Assembly (NCBI GenBank): GCA_044892525.1
Contig: CM097887.1
Location: forward strand, 16,802,001 to 16,866,000
Direction: 5' to 3'
Length of the DNA stretch: 64,000 nucleotides
From: Schmidtea polychroa
Taxonomy: Eukaryota
The position numbers were made by a program, and so were the translations under genes. Below, piece after piece: positions 1 to 13,084 of this stretch (position 1 is the stretch's first letter; every line of letters starts with the position of its first letter). The notes under the pieces are model-generated. The model did no database searches, was not told the origin of the DNA, and saw only the letters and a program-made list of their open reading frames with translations.

Positions 1-391
1 GCGAAGACTTGTAAACAGTTTCTGTGTATGACGATGTCTCCAGGGGCAAATATGATTTTTCATACGCCATGTTTACAAGTTTGCAGATATTTGTTTCTGT
101 GATTTAGCTAATTTGCAAGTGAGGGAAAGTATGGAATAAAGTTGAATCAGCAATATTGTATACTTACCTGGCGCGAAGAGAAATCTTCGCGTCTCCTGCA
201 TAGTACTGATGAGAGCCAATATATATTTGACTCGGCAGTAATAATATGGACTTTGTCAAATCAGATAAATGATATATACAAAATATACAAATGATATATA
301 AAATACTGTATAAATGAGATTTATGTTTACATAGTATGGGATGCAAAATATTCATTAACCGTTACGCTGCTGAAGTGGTTGAAGAGACATA
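1..391 (-). CDS. Putative spliced exon chain of unknown product (391-331, 250-168, 96-<1)
   Basis: Perfect donor CAG|GTAAGTAT at 168/167. Phases 1-2-1 chain into ...CLFNHFSSVTVNEYFASHTIPYYYCRVKYILALISTMQETRRFLFAPETNICKLVNMAYEK... No family recognised. Confidence 0.3.
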
Positions 392-736
392 CTACGCGTC
401 AATTTATTGACTCTCCGCAGTCTAACGGTCAAATAAGATCCAATGGTTATCTATAGTAACATATTCAACGAACCGGTAATATGAAAATTAAATTTCTTAT
501 TAGATCAATATTTTGTTTTATGTTTAACTCAAGTTTTCTGCACTGTTTTTATACAAACACTCGTAAAAAAAGCAATATCAAAAACTCGTATTAAATATAA
601 AACAAAATATTTATCTACAATCTATAAATAAATAACGATAAAAGCAATTGGAAAAAGATCAATTAGTGATAAAGATAAAAGATTTTGTTAATAAATATAA
701 TTTAGAAAGTTATTAATTAATAATTTAAACACAAAC

Positions 737-877
737 CTCTCTGATGTAGCCGATTTGCAAAATTAACCAGTACTAATAAAAACTGAGTTTCAAAAGCTGA
801 TTTACTGTTTATAATTCGCATGAAAAGACACTGTTTCTCTATCAGGAAATCAATAATATCAGTTTCTAATTTTAAAT
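737..877 (-). CDS. eIF4G: eIF4G exon: W2 domain segment
   Basis: Phase-1 acceptor ttttcag|AT; DLKLETDIIDFLIEKQCLFMRII...FETQFLLVLVNFANRLHQR resembles the W2 pattern L..R..LLQKYL...ELQALYAL.....LEQ. Confidence 0.65.
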
Positions 878-3800
878 CTGAAAAAGTAAATCTGGTAAAA
901 TGGCAAATAATCAATACGGAATAAAAATGGTGAAATAAATAAATCAGTAATAAAGTCCATAATCGATTATTAATATTCATGTCACGTATTTTCAAAATCA
1001 AATAATTGAATATTAAACAGACTGGATTCACTCAATAATAATTATCAAGTGCTCAACAATATAAAAATCAATATATATATAAACGAAAATATTGAGATAT
1101 TTTCAGGAATTCAAACAAAAATTATGGGTAATATGTTGAAGGAAATATAAGCCATCTAAGTAATGATATGAAATAAGCATAAATATATAGGAAGAATATA
1201 TTAATACATATTCCAAATCCAATTATCATTTGCAACAAGCACTTTAAAAAGAAATTTAAAAATCGATAAACATTTTTGATGAAATTTTTAAAGAATAAGA
1301 GAAAATTATCAAAAATGGAAAAGAAAAATATTTTATTACGCAATAATTTTATATTTTTTATTAGAAATATATCTAATTGATAAACGATGGTTTGATAATT
1401 GGCGACTATAAACAAGTATTAGAGAACTATAAATAATTATTAATCATATATGTTCAATGCTATAAATATTGATATCTAATGCTTATTCGCTATGATAGCC
1501 AAAGTCTAAGAAAACTATTTTGTTTCATTGAACGCTTTACGTCATGAAAAACACGTCTATGTTTTTAATTTATCTTACAAAATAATCGTGACTCGATCTT
1601 AAGGATGTAAAGATGAGGGTATTTTAAGCACATCGCGGACATACATTCACTTATACCCTTCAATTTAAAGATATAATATTCAAAATAATTCATCTTCATA
1701 AAATGAAGAGCAAATCAAAGTATAAAATAACATTATTCATTAGTTAATCAATTATTTGTCTATAAATAAAAAGAATATCGACTTATCGATGAGCGGTGCC
1801 AGATTATTCAATTGTGTCAACCGTGTCATCCGATTTTCTTTTATCTGACTCCGTATATCATTTTTTATTTAAATAATAAATACGTCATGACAGCATTTCC
1901 AGTTGTTATTAGCAAGAGAAAATATTAATTAAATAAATAAATCAAATTAATATTAAAAATTATTTATTTAAAAATATTAAACGATCAATCGGAAATGAAA
2001 AATGTCAGACAAACGTGTTTATCTAAGTGGAGCGCTTAAACGTAAGCAAAAAGTTGAAAAGAAAGAAAAAGAATTAGTTAACAGTCAGAACATGATTTGT
2101 TTAACCCTTTTATACGGAGTGTACAATATATTGTACACAGTTTTGTGTGCTGAATATCTGTTGTACCTTTTCGAAAATATAATGTGAGATGTACTTTTTA
2201 AGAAAATTGAAATTTGTTCTAGTACATTTTAATAATTTTTATTTTTTTGCATAATTTGAGTCCCCTTACTAGGTTTGATGGTCTAGATAATTAATTTACC
2301 CCCAGAATTAATTCCCGAATGAAAGGGTTAAATTGGGATTTACGAACATTATTAACTATCAGTCGGAATCGGATATGAACATCATAGAAACTGACATGCT
2401 TTGTTCAGATTCTCAAAAGTTAAATGTAGCTTCCGAAGTAGCTGAAATGTTATTTAACTAACTGTTATTATACGCTACTCCAATAGAGAAAAATTTCGCG
2501 TGGAAACATATTCGCCAATAATTGATAAATTGTCAATTGAAATGGACAGTCGAACAAAAGCTTATGATTCAGTGTACAACTTATTTGGTGTTCTAACAGA
2601 ATTTTGGAAACTTTCAACAAATGATGTGGTTGTTCGAGCTGATTTACTCCAACAACGGTATCCAAATGATTTAGAAAGTTCTTTTTCGGAAGAGCTACAG
2701 CATTTTACACTTTTTATTCAGAATTTCCTTAAAAGTAAAAATCAAGAAGAAAATCAATCAGTTCATTTCCAAACATCGAAGTTGTATTTAAAATATATCT
2801 CAGCTTCATTGTTAGTAAAGCTAGAGGAGAGAGACATTCTCAAAATTGAAGCTCATTAAAAATGAACTTAGAACGTGCATGCAGCAAGAACGGTTAAACA
2901 GCTTGTCTTCAATGTCAATTGAAAGTGAACTCCTACAAAAAATTGATTTTGATGGCGTTATCAATGATTTCATTTTAGCAAAGTGTCAAAATGAAAACAT
3001 GTAATAAATACCACTATAAGTTTTAAATCACGAATATCAATAAGTATGGTAATTGTGATGGAGATGTTATAACTAACAGTAACACCCAAGACGACTGAAG
3101 AAGCGATTGAATTTAATAAATGATTCATTTTTTAGTTAACTTACTTTATAAATAATCATTCTAAAAAAATATTTTCCTCATTTCTTTGTTCATTATACAT
3201 TTATTCTATTGATATCAAATTTGACTAAATACATATATAAAAGACTCTTTAAAGATGTAGTTTTCAGATGTTTAATTTTTGAGATAAAATTATGCCTGGC
3301 AAAAGGGGCCCAGATTTTTTTGGCACAGCCGCACAGGGCCACCTAAATGTTTAATCCGGCACTGTCGATGAGTTATAAAGGGCGTCAGCATTAAACTTTA
3401 TAATAATATAATGTAAAATGAAAAATTCAAATTCGAAGCACTTAATACACTAAATTAAACCAATAAGTGATTAACTAACGAGTAATATTAAATTATTTGC
3501 TAGAAACTCCACAACAACTAAATAAAAGGTGTGTTTATGAGGAATCTTCGTCTTAAAAGATACCTAACATATACATTATTAAAATATGGCGATCGAGTGC
3601 CAGGACTCTTTGTACAATAAACTGTTAAGAAAAAAAAATTCCTAATTAAAATAATAAATGGGTAGGTACATACAATATAATTAAGTGTAGCCTGTATTTT
3701 GTTTTTGTAACATTTCACTTGTTCAAAATCAGCACAGATATTCAGTGTGGATGTAGGGCTCCTTTCATTTCCTTGCTGCATAAAATAACGCTGAAGCACG

Positions 3801-6800
3801 GCCATACATTTTTTGACTCCTGGTTAGTCACAGGCACAGATGACTCATCATCATCATCTTCGTCTAATTTTCATTGTTTTGATTTAATACTGTTTTTGCA
3901 GACTTATCTGAACAAGATTTCATAGAAATTGTCAAACTAGCCATAAACTCAGATTAATTAAAGGAAAACCGTTCAAACAAATTCATGGTCTAGCTATGGG
4001 TAACAACTTTTCACCAATTTTAGCCATTTGCTACATGCATCATTAGATCATTTTTTGGAGATAAAATCCTGATGTGGAAAAGATACATCGATGACATTTT
4101 CATAGTCTCCATGGTACCTATCAATATAATCTTGGCACATGCAAACTCCACTAACACTAATATACAATTCACTCTTGAACTACCTGACCCAGAAGGCAAG
4201 ATTGCTTTCAATTGAAAAAGGCAGTGTCGAAAGTTCGTGAGTATCAACAAACATCGATATATTACTGATTTATAGTCTNNNNNNNNNNNNNNNNNNNNNN
4301 NNNNNNNNNNNNNNNNNNNNNNNNNNNNNNNNNNNNNNNNNNNNNNNNNNNNNNNNNNNNNNNNNNNNNNNNNNNNNNNNNNNNNNNNNNNNNNNNNNNN
4401 NNNNNNNNNNNNNNNNNNNNNNNNNNNNNNNNNNNNNNNNNNNNNNNNGTGAGAAAGTAAAGAGAAAAATATTGGAATATGTTTATAGGAGCAACCTGTT
4501 ATGAAGTGTTTACAATCATCTTGAAAAATATTAATTTTATAAGTTAAACAGCTTATCTGTGACGACAAATAATTAAAAGCATATAAAATATCTAAAAGCT
4601 ATTATATTCAATTTACAAATATCAAAATAATCATTTCAAAATTATTAAATATTTACATGTCTGCATGTTTTTTTCTTATTTTATATTATAATAATCCATA
4701 TAAAAACTTCTAGTAAAACTCAGACACACAAAATGATGTATCTTAATGATAGAAAAATGGTGTAGCTTTATATATGAAATGCTATAGTGAACCAATCACC
4801 ATTTACATTGAAATATATCACATTAAAAGTTACTTTAATGAAATAAAATGAAAAATATGCTTTGATAAAAATTAAAAATGGCTAAATATTATGTTTACAT
4901 AAATAGATATGATTACCGCAAATAAAAGAGAATAGGCAATATGCTAAGGAATTAACGAATCCGACAGTTTGCATTTGTTCAATGGTGAATTTTGATTCTA
5001 AAAGTTCAAAAATGTTTTCGTCATCATTTGGCAAACTTGAAATCAGTTCATTTTTGAATGCATCGGTGAATTCAGTTGTCGACGAATTAGTGTTCTCCGT
5101 CGTATCAAAAATAAATGTTAATTTATGTTTCTCAAATAGCGAAGAAATATCATCGTCTTTCTTTATCAAATCCAATAAATCTTCCAATTTGTTGTCAATT
5201 AAAAATTTGATAACAGAATTTCCAACTCGTTCATTGGCATATTCCAGAATCAAAAATATACATTCAGTGATGTGCTTATTTGGTAATCGGTTCTCGAAAA
5301 CAATTTTATAGAATTCAACATATGAATTTTTATCTTGAATAAATCTTTCGAGAATTTCTGCAAGAAATGTCCAAATTGTTGGAATATCAGTAATGAGATC
5401 GTCTATTAGATCGACGAATTGATTTAATCTAGGTATGTTAAAAATCATGCTATTAGACAGACTGGCAAATAGAAACTTTCAAAACAATTATATAATAATT
5501 TTCAGGGATAACTGCTGAGCTGTCAGTGAGATCATTTTTCATAATCTCTTCAAGCATATCACAATATCACAAATTTTACTATGCAATAGCGAAAAAACGG
5601 TATTTTTAAAAATAAATGATTTGATAAATTATCGGAAAACAATGATTAACAGAAAGGATTTATTTCGCAAAGAATTTTAATTTTAACCCACAAATTCACA
5701 ACATTATTTATTTTTAAACTTACGTAATAGTTTTGTACTGATAAATATATAAATGTTACAGGACAATAATTTGCAGCTTTTATTAAATACAGCCAGTTAA
5801 ATGTAATCTTTTAATTTTCACAGATTTAATACAGCAAAATATTATAAAAATAATATATATTACAATAAAAATATATAAACAAATAAAATAATGATAAATA
5901 AATAATAATTAAATAAACAATAATAAATAATCNNNNNNNNNNNNNNNNNNNNNNNNNNNNNNNNNNNNNNNNNNNNNNNNNNNNNNNNNNNNNNNNNNNN
6001 NNNNNNNNNNNNNNNNNNNNNNNNNNNNNNNNNNNNNNNNNNNNNNNNNNNNNNNNNNNNNNNNNNNNNNNNNNNNNNNNNATCATAATAAATAATAAAG
6101 AAATAATTATAATAAAAAAATAATATAAAACGATGGAATCTTGATTCAAATTTCAAGTTTATTCAAAATGAAAAACGATGAAAATGTTTTACTATGAAAT
6201 AATCCTTTTCAATCTGCGTAAGAAAATAGTTTAAATAAAAGGTTTGAAGCTTTTTGATTGGATCTTAATTTAAATGGAATTTATAATGAAAAATAAATAA
6301 TTAAAAATAAAAAACCAAAAAATAAAAATAACAAAAATTAAAAAAAAAGTAAAATTCGGATGGAGGGAAGAAATAATATATATATATATATAATCAAACA
6401 ACATCATAATTAACCCGAGGAAATAGGAACTAACAAATCATACCCTTCAATGAGTGCCTCCTTTTCCAATTTATTACATGCCACCAAATTAGCCAATTGA
6501 TCTCCAACTAAATGCCGATCTCTTTGCTTTTTCTCCATAATTTTATCAAGCCACTGATTGATTAACTCACTGATTTTCAGCTGACAACCCCAAGCTGTCA
6601 TCTAATGAAAGGTTATTTGAACAAATTTCAACCACTCAAACAAACATTTAGTGTATGGGTTTCTAATAAATTATCCAACAGTTCTTCTCCGTCCATTGTC
6701 ACAGCATCATCTTCACTTTTACTTTCACATGGTGAAACAGATCTCACCGGAGATTCTGAACTGATTATGTTATTATCTTTGATATCATCTTGTGCTGACA

Positions 6801-9800
6801 AGATAGCATATTTAGATAAGTGAGCTTTATTAGAAGGCTCATCTGTGATTTTATTGGGACTGAATCGATTTTGCGAGTGTTTATTTGTCGAAGAATATTT
6901 GGTTTTTGTGCGTTTTTTACTAATATATTTTACTAGAAAATTTTAATTCCGATTAAAAACGAATACTTGTCGACATTTTTCCATTCTGACTGATCTTTTT
7001 CCTTATTAGAATTCCAACTTCCATATGAGGGTTTCAATTCTAAACTTTCATTTGGTCCTAATGACAAAGAATTCAAATCTATTGACTGATTGCGATTCTG
7101 TTGTTTAAACTCTTAATTTGTATAAATTTTAAAATACCAGTGTTTATTGTAATTTAAATTTGCTAGTTCATAAAATTACTTTGAAAATACATTATAAAAT
7201 TATCAAAAATTGAAATCCAATTACTGGAATTGGAAGCAGTAGTGATAAGATTAAATGACAAAATGCAATAGGAATAAGACATTTGTTCAGTATCAATAAT
7301 ATTAATGACACTGTTAGGTGCAATTAAATTTAAATCTTCCAAAATTTTTTTAATAATTACAATTTTAAATTTTATCATTTTTTTCTGAATATTTAAACTG
7401 TAATTGATGCAATTATTAATCACAAATATAATTACTTTAAATTAACCTCTTAAGTGGTTTATTTCGTCAAACGAAATGCGCTCCTCGTCGGCGAGTTTTG
7501 TTATCCGCTAGCGTATATATACGTCTTGTTACAAAAAAAAATATAATCTTATTGGATGATATTTATTAGGATAATATGTTAACAAAAGTAATATTTATGA
7601 TATATTTTTATTCGTCTTATACGTTTTGTAATGCATATGTTAATGAAGTATAAATCCGTCATAGCCACTCAAGAGGTTAAAATACTATAATATATTTTAA
7701 TATCATATGATATAATTCAATATAAATTTTACTATACAAATTTAACATTAATAGTTATTTCAACTAACAAATCACACTTATAACATTTAAACTATATTAA
7801 TTTTTAAATAGGAGTTTTGGAACTCCTCGCAGACACTATTGACAGGAAAGGCAGTTAGTATACACCACTGGTTGGTATATAATTGATGATTCAAGTTTCA
7901 ATTATGGTCTCATAAAGAATTATTTAATATCTAAAATGACTGCGCTTACAACGTGTGCGATTCATGTCAGCAAATTAAATAATAATTTAGATCATTTTAC
8001 CTGAATAAATTGTATTGATTTCATTAAAAAATATGTGCAAATTTAAAGTTAAAATAAATTATAAAAAACGGTAAAATTGTATGTTACAATTACAAATAAA
8101 ACACAACAGTATAATAAATTACAGTTTGGAAGTGATTAAAAAGTGGAAAATTTTACATAAAAATGAAACACAATGGAATTTTAATTATCTAAAAAATTCT
8201 TTAGCTTTTCAGCATTGATATATAATAAGTTTTATTGTTTTTTGATAACAATAGTTCAACAAATTGATGACATAGTTTTTGTCGCGTATAATTACGATAA
8301 TCACTTATGAATAATAATTTTATTGATCTATTGTGATCAAACATTTGAATATTTGAAATAATTGGGTTTAGAAGTGACTCATTAAATGTAAAAAATATAT
8401 AAATTATAAGAAAATTGTGTTTTGAAATAATCGTGATGTAGGGCTCGTAATATGGTGAATACATGAAGTTCAACAACAATAAATGGCATTAATGATGTTT
8501 ATTTTATAACCTACAGTAATCCCCAAACGAACATAGAACGATATTTATATTTTTATTTCTTATAAGTCGAAAGATCACTGTGAAGGTTCATTTGGAAAAC
8601 AAAAATGAAAAGACAAAATATTATTATGCAACTTAAAGGATTAATTTTAATCCTTCTATGGCAAATTTTGTTTTTTTATTTGTTTGAATATTTTATACTT
8701 AAATTTTCAACAAACTAGAGATTTCCTGGATTATATTAAATTTCTATAGACGAATGAGACAGTAATATGATAATTAATTTGTATATTTTCTCACTAGATT
8801 AATTTTAATATGTCCGGAAATGTTCCATAAGTCACAAAAGTTGCATTTTAAATTTTAATTTGACTTATTTAGATATTATCAACCCACTAAGTTGAAATTT
8901 TATAAAATTAAAATATAAAAATTTTACAAACTTATTAAAATTATTCGTTGAAAATAAATTATTTTAAGTCAACTTTTTTCAGATTTTTTCGAAAATATTT
9001 GAAAATCTTAAAATAGTTTGAGTAGATAAAAATTATGGAAAACGTGAAATTTTGACATCAGTTATTTACAACGAAGCATATTAAAAAAAATATCAAATAC
9101 CACATATGCTGATGATGACACTGAGCCATGTTTAAACTTGTTGGACAGTTTATTTTCTTCAGCAATTTCTACTTGTTTACACAAATTTTAGGTTAATTGT
9201 TTAAATAATGCCAATATTTTCCATTAAATGATTGAAATTTTTGTGAAATCGATTAAAGAAAATATAAATGTATAAATATGATTTGACTGTCCTGACGAAT
9301 TCTCGGAAACCGTCATTGAAAGAACAAATATTTATCGTCATTTCCTTTTCTATAGACTATCGATTGATATAAAAAATATCGATTGATAGTCCAAAAGAAA
9401 AAAATCAATGACAAGGAAGATGTACTAATAGTATTGAAATACGTGTCATTTCTAGCAATAAATCCTAATTCTATGGTTTCGCTTCTAATTTCATATTTAA
9501 AGATCACATTCTAACCCTTTAACTGGTGGTGGTAGCTAGAAGTAAATAGAGCTTATAAATTTTTACATGCCTATGTAATTTTAGTTCTTGTTTTCTTTCT
9601 TAGGTAGATATAAATGCCATAAACAACATAGTATAAGTCAGTTAGTATAAACGCTCTGAAGAAATTCAACTTGGGCTTTGTTATATAAATATTTATCGAT
9701 TTTAAAAACTTATTTCTGCATGAAAGAGCTCAAATGTAACTGAGATTAAAGCCAAAAAAGAATAAAACTTTTAAATAATTTATTATAATTATTTTGAAAT

Positions 9801-12800
9801 TTGCTGCTTCGGAAAAATAAAAAAATTCAATAGTTTCGACCGAAATTACATTTGAGCGCTAAAGTACAGCCAGCGTTAGATTGATGACGCCACTAGTAAG
9901 ATCTAATATTCTTTTATGGTTTAAAATATTATAACAAATAATTTTTATTTATTATTAGATTATTTTTGTGGATGCTATAAAAAAGAACTGTGCTTCACTG
10001 TTTAAAATTAATTAAGTATTAATATGATCCTATCGTAATTTATTCCCGGAAATAGCACTCATTTTAACCCTTTAGCCGATTTACTGTATTATTACTAAGT
10101 GACATGGGAAATATGCAACTACTGAAATGATATCAAAATATATAATTAAATTATATTTTATTGTTGGATTCAAATTAATAATATTATTCTAATTATTAAT
10201 TTCTGAATTCATAAACGATTTTTTCCAAATCAATATTTATTTCAATACATAAATCTATATTATTATCAATATTCAATATTCAAACAAATTTAAGAGATAA
10301 TAATTTCAATATAATCAATTAGACTTCAAATATTTATAAAAATTCATTTAAATTTTTTAAAAATAATCGTATTTTTTGTAAAAATTTATTCATTTTCAAT
10401 TTCATTTTTTTTATTTTTTTTATTTCTTCTACGTTTTAATATTCGACTTCTTTTTAATTTCACATTGTATTTGTAATAAATCAACAACCACTTTCAATAT
10501 TTTTCATTTCATTTCTTTAACATTTTAAAATCTCACATTATTAAATTCATCTTGATCTGCTAAAATCTTTAATATTTTGATCAATAAAATCTTTTATCAT
10601 CACTTGCACATATATTTTACAACGTTTAAGTTTTCACATAATGTAATATCTGTTAGTTGATGTCAGGATTTTAAAAATAATTTGTGAAAAAATTTAAAAT
10701 TTTAGTAAAATATGTAATACATTATTTTAAGATTTGCCATAAATATACATGACGTCATTTTGGCTCAACAAGTCAACATTAATTATATTTCAAACATTAA
10801 ATTTCTAGAACATTAATAGAACCATTTGTATAGGTGTTGGTGACATATTTCACCTTTGAAAACACATATAAATCATTGAAAAACCGAATACTGATACAAT
10901 GCACGCTAACCAACATTTTTTCTATATTTATTTTTATTGTGTTACTAGGTAATTAGTTATGATTGAATTGACTTTAAAAATGCCTTTATTATTTATAATT
11001 ACATTTTTAAAATATATATTTTAGGGTTGTTCCAATTTTATTCATAGAAAATGACAAATGTCACACCAGTAGAATTATAATGAAGATAATTTTATGATAA
11101 AAGTAAAACATTGATATAGAAAATTAAGATTACTGAGTTCTGATTGATTCTGAATAGGTTTTGTATTGAGTCGATTATTTGATTTTAACGTTGGGAATTT
11201 TAATGCTGATATAGATTTATCATCGCTTGCATCCTTTTTCACTTCTTCCAATGTTTTGGGACGAACCATCTTCTGAGATTGTACTTCACGTAACAACCAC
11301 TTCCTTTCACTCATTTCAATAATATCAAGAATTTTACATCGAATTCTCGTTCCCAACAGATCAGGAGTTTCAAGCATTCCAGTCATGTTTTTAATGTAAT
11401 CACTCATCTTATCACTATGTTTTTCATCAAATTTTTTCCCGCATGTTTCTAGGAGTTTACACAGAGATAACATTGCATCTTCATCATTTGGCTTTGGAAG
11501 CAAGGAATTAACACAGCAATGAATGATTTTAGGCTTTAATAAGTCATGAACATATAATTCACCAATAAACCTAAAAAATAGCACATCACATTAAGGAAAT
11601 TTTAGATAAATGATTACACGTTACGTTCTCGCATTTAGAACCGCAAACTATGATAACATTGCAAAGCAAAATGAAGAATTTGAATTAAATTAATTTATGA
11701 TAGCTTAATTTATTTAATATTTATGAATGCAAAAATTAGAGTTGTTTTTATATAATCTACATCTCGATTACCATAAAAATTTTAACGAAAATTTGGGTTT
11801 AACTTGTTATTTTTAAAGAAACTTTGAAAAATTAATTAATTTCTTCATTATTTAGTGGGAAATGGGCGTAAACAAAAATTTCCAATACTAATATTAGTTA
11901 AGATCTTACGCATATGAAGATTTTTGTAAATTTTAAATAAAATCAATATTTCGATAGCATAATTTTTTTATAAATATTGTATAGCTATTCATCCGCCGTG
12001 AATGTAGGTAACCTGATGATGATAGTCATGCTATCGAAATATATAGTGAAAAAGATGTACGAATGGCGATTATTATTAATAAAATCTATACCGTGTTTAT
12101 TTAAAATCAATATTATTACAATTTATGTCATTCAGTAAAACAAACTTTGAATAAATGGGCTGAATGTTGTAATTCCGGAGTTGTGATGAAAATATTACTC
12201 CTATTTCGGGTGCTCATTCCTTTTCTATTTTATACTCACTCTCCTCAAAGAAAAACAAATGTGATCAGTTTAACTAGTGAATCTAAACGACATTTTTATA
12301 AGCCGGCTTTAAAAGCGGCACCGGATATTTAATTGAATCTGGATCCAAATTTTAACTCCAGAATCTTGAAGGAAAGAATTTATTTTTACTTGAGTAATTT
12401 ACCGTTGCTGTCTTAGATGCCGATTACTTAAAAAACTTTTTAGGATATAAATCATTATGTTATTAAAATAAAAATTCTACATGCCCCTTTATCTACATAA
12501 GTGACTCGTTATCACGAATGGAAATAATTTCTCGCGGACCCTTGTATTATCTGTCAATATGAATCCATTTTTAATTAATTTTTATCAAAAATGAAAACCA
12601 AGAAGATCTAAATGGGGTTTATTGGGAATATACAATAATTACCTTTAACGATATTAATAGTTTAGTTTGATTACTTCTGTCTGTATTGATAGCTACAATT
12701 TCAAAGTACATTTACATGAACCTTACAATTGCAGAAGTGAGGGGAAGGTATATAATAATCTCAATTATAAGTATGGTTTAAATGCATACATGCATGTTTC

Positions 12801-13003
12801 TAATAAATTTAAAGCACTGCCTTTTATATATACTCCCATAATAATAATTGACGGGGATAAGTGTAAAAGGTGCACCAAGATTAATCCGCATGAAAAATAA
12901 AGTGGTTTTTCATAAGTTAGGGCTAACTGTGTGATTACCAGAAATTATACAAACATATGCCAATATTATTAATTATAATATAATTTTCTAGTTGATCTTT
13001 CTG

Positions 13004-13084
<81 letters not shown>

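Noticed and set aside
160-200. ATACTTACCTGG matches the U1 snRNA 5' end
   Set aside because: No U1 stem-loops (GAUCA, CAUUGCAC) or Sm site follow; it is better explained as a consensus 5' splice donor on the minus strand.
206-240. CTGATGAGAG...CTCGGCA hammerhead-like
   Set aside because: Lacks GAAA and stems I/III; overlaps a putative exon.
3518-3870. Possible alternative eIF4G W2 exon (DEDDDD...MAVLQRYF)
   Set aside because: It needs a frameshift or an awkward acceptor, overlaps a + strand PLE RT relic, and the 877-737 exon fits W2 better.
9108-9140. CTGATGATGACA...TGTTTAAA hammerhead-like
   Set aside because: GAAA replaced and no stem I; at best a very old relic.
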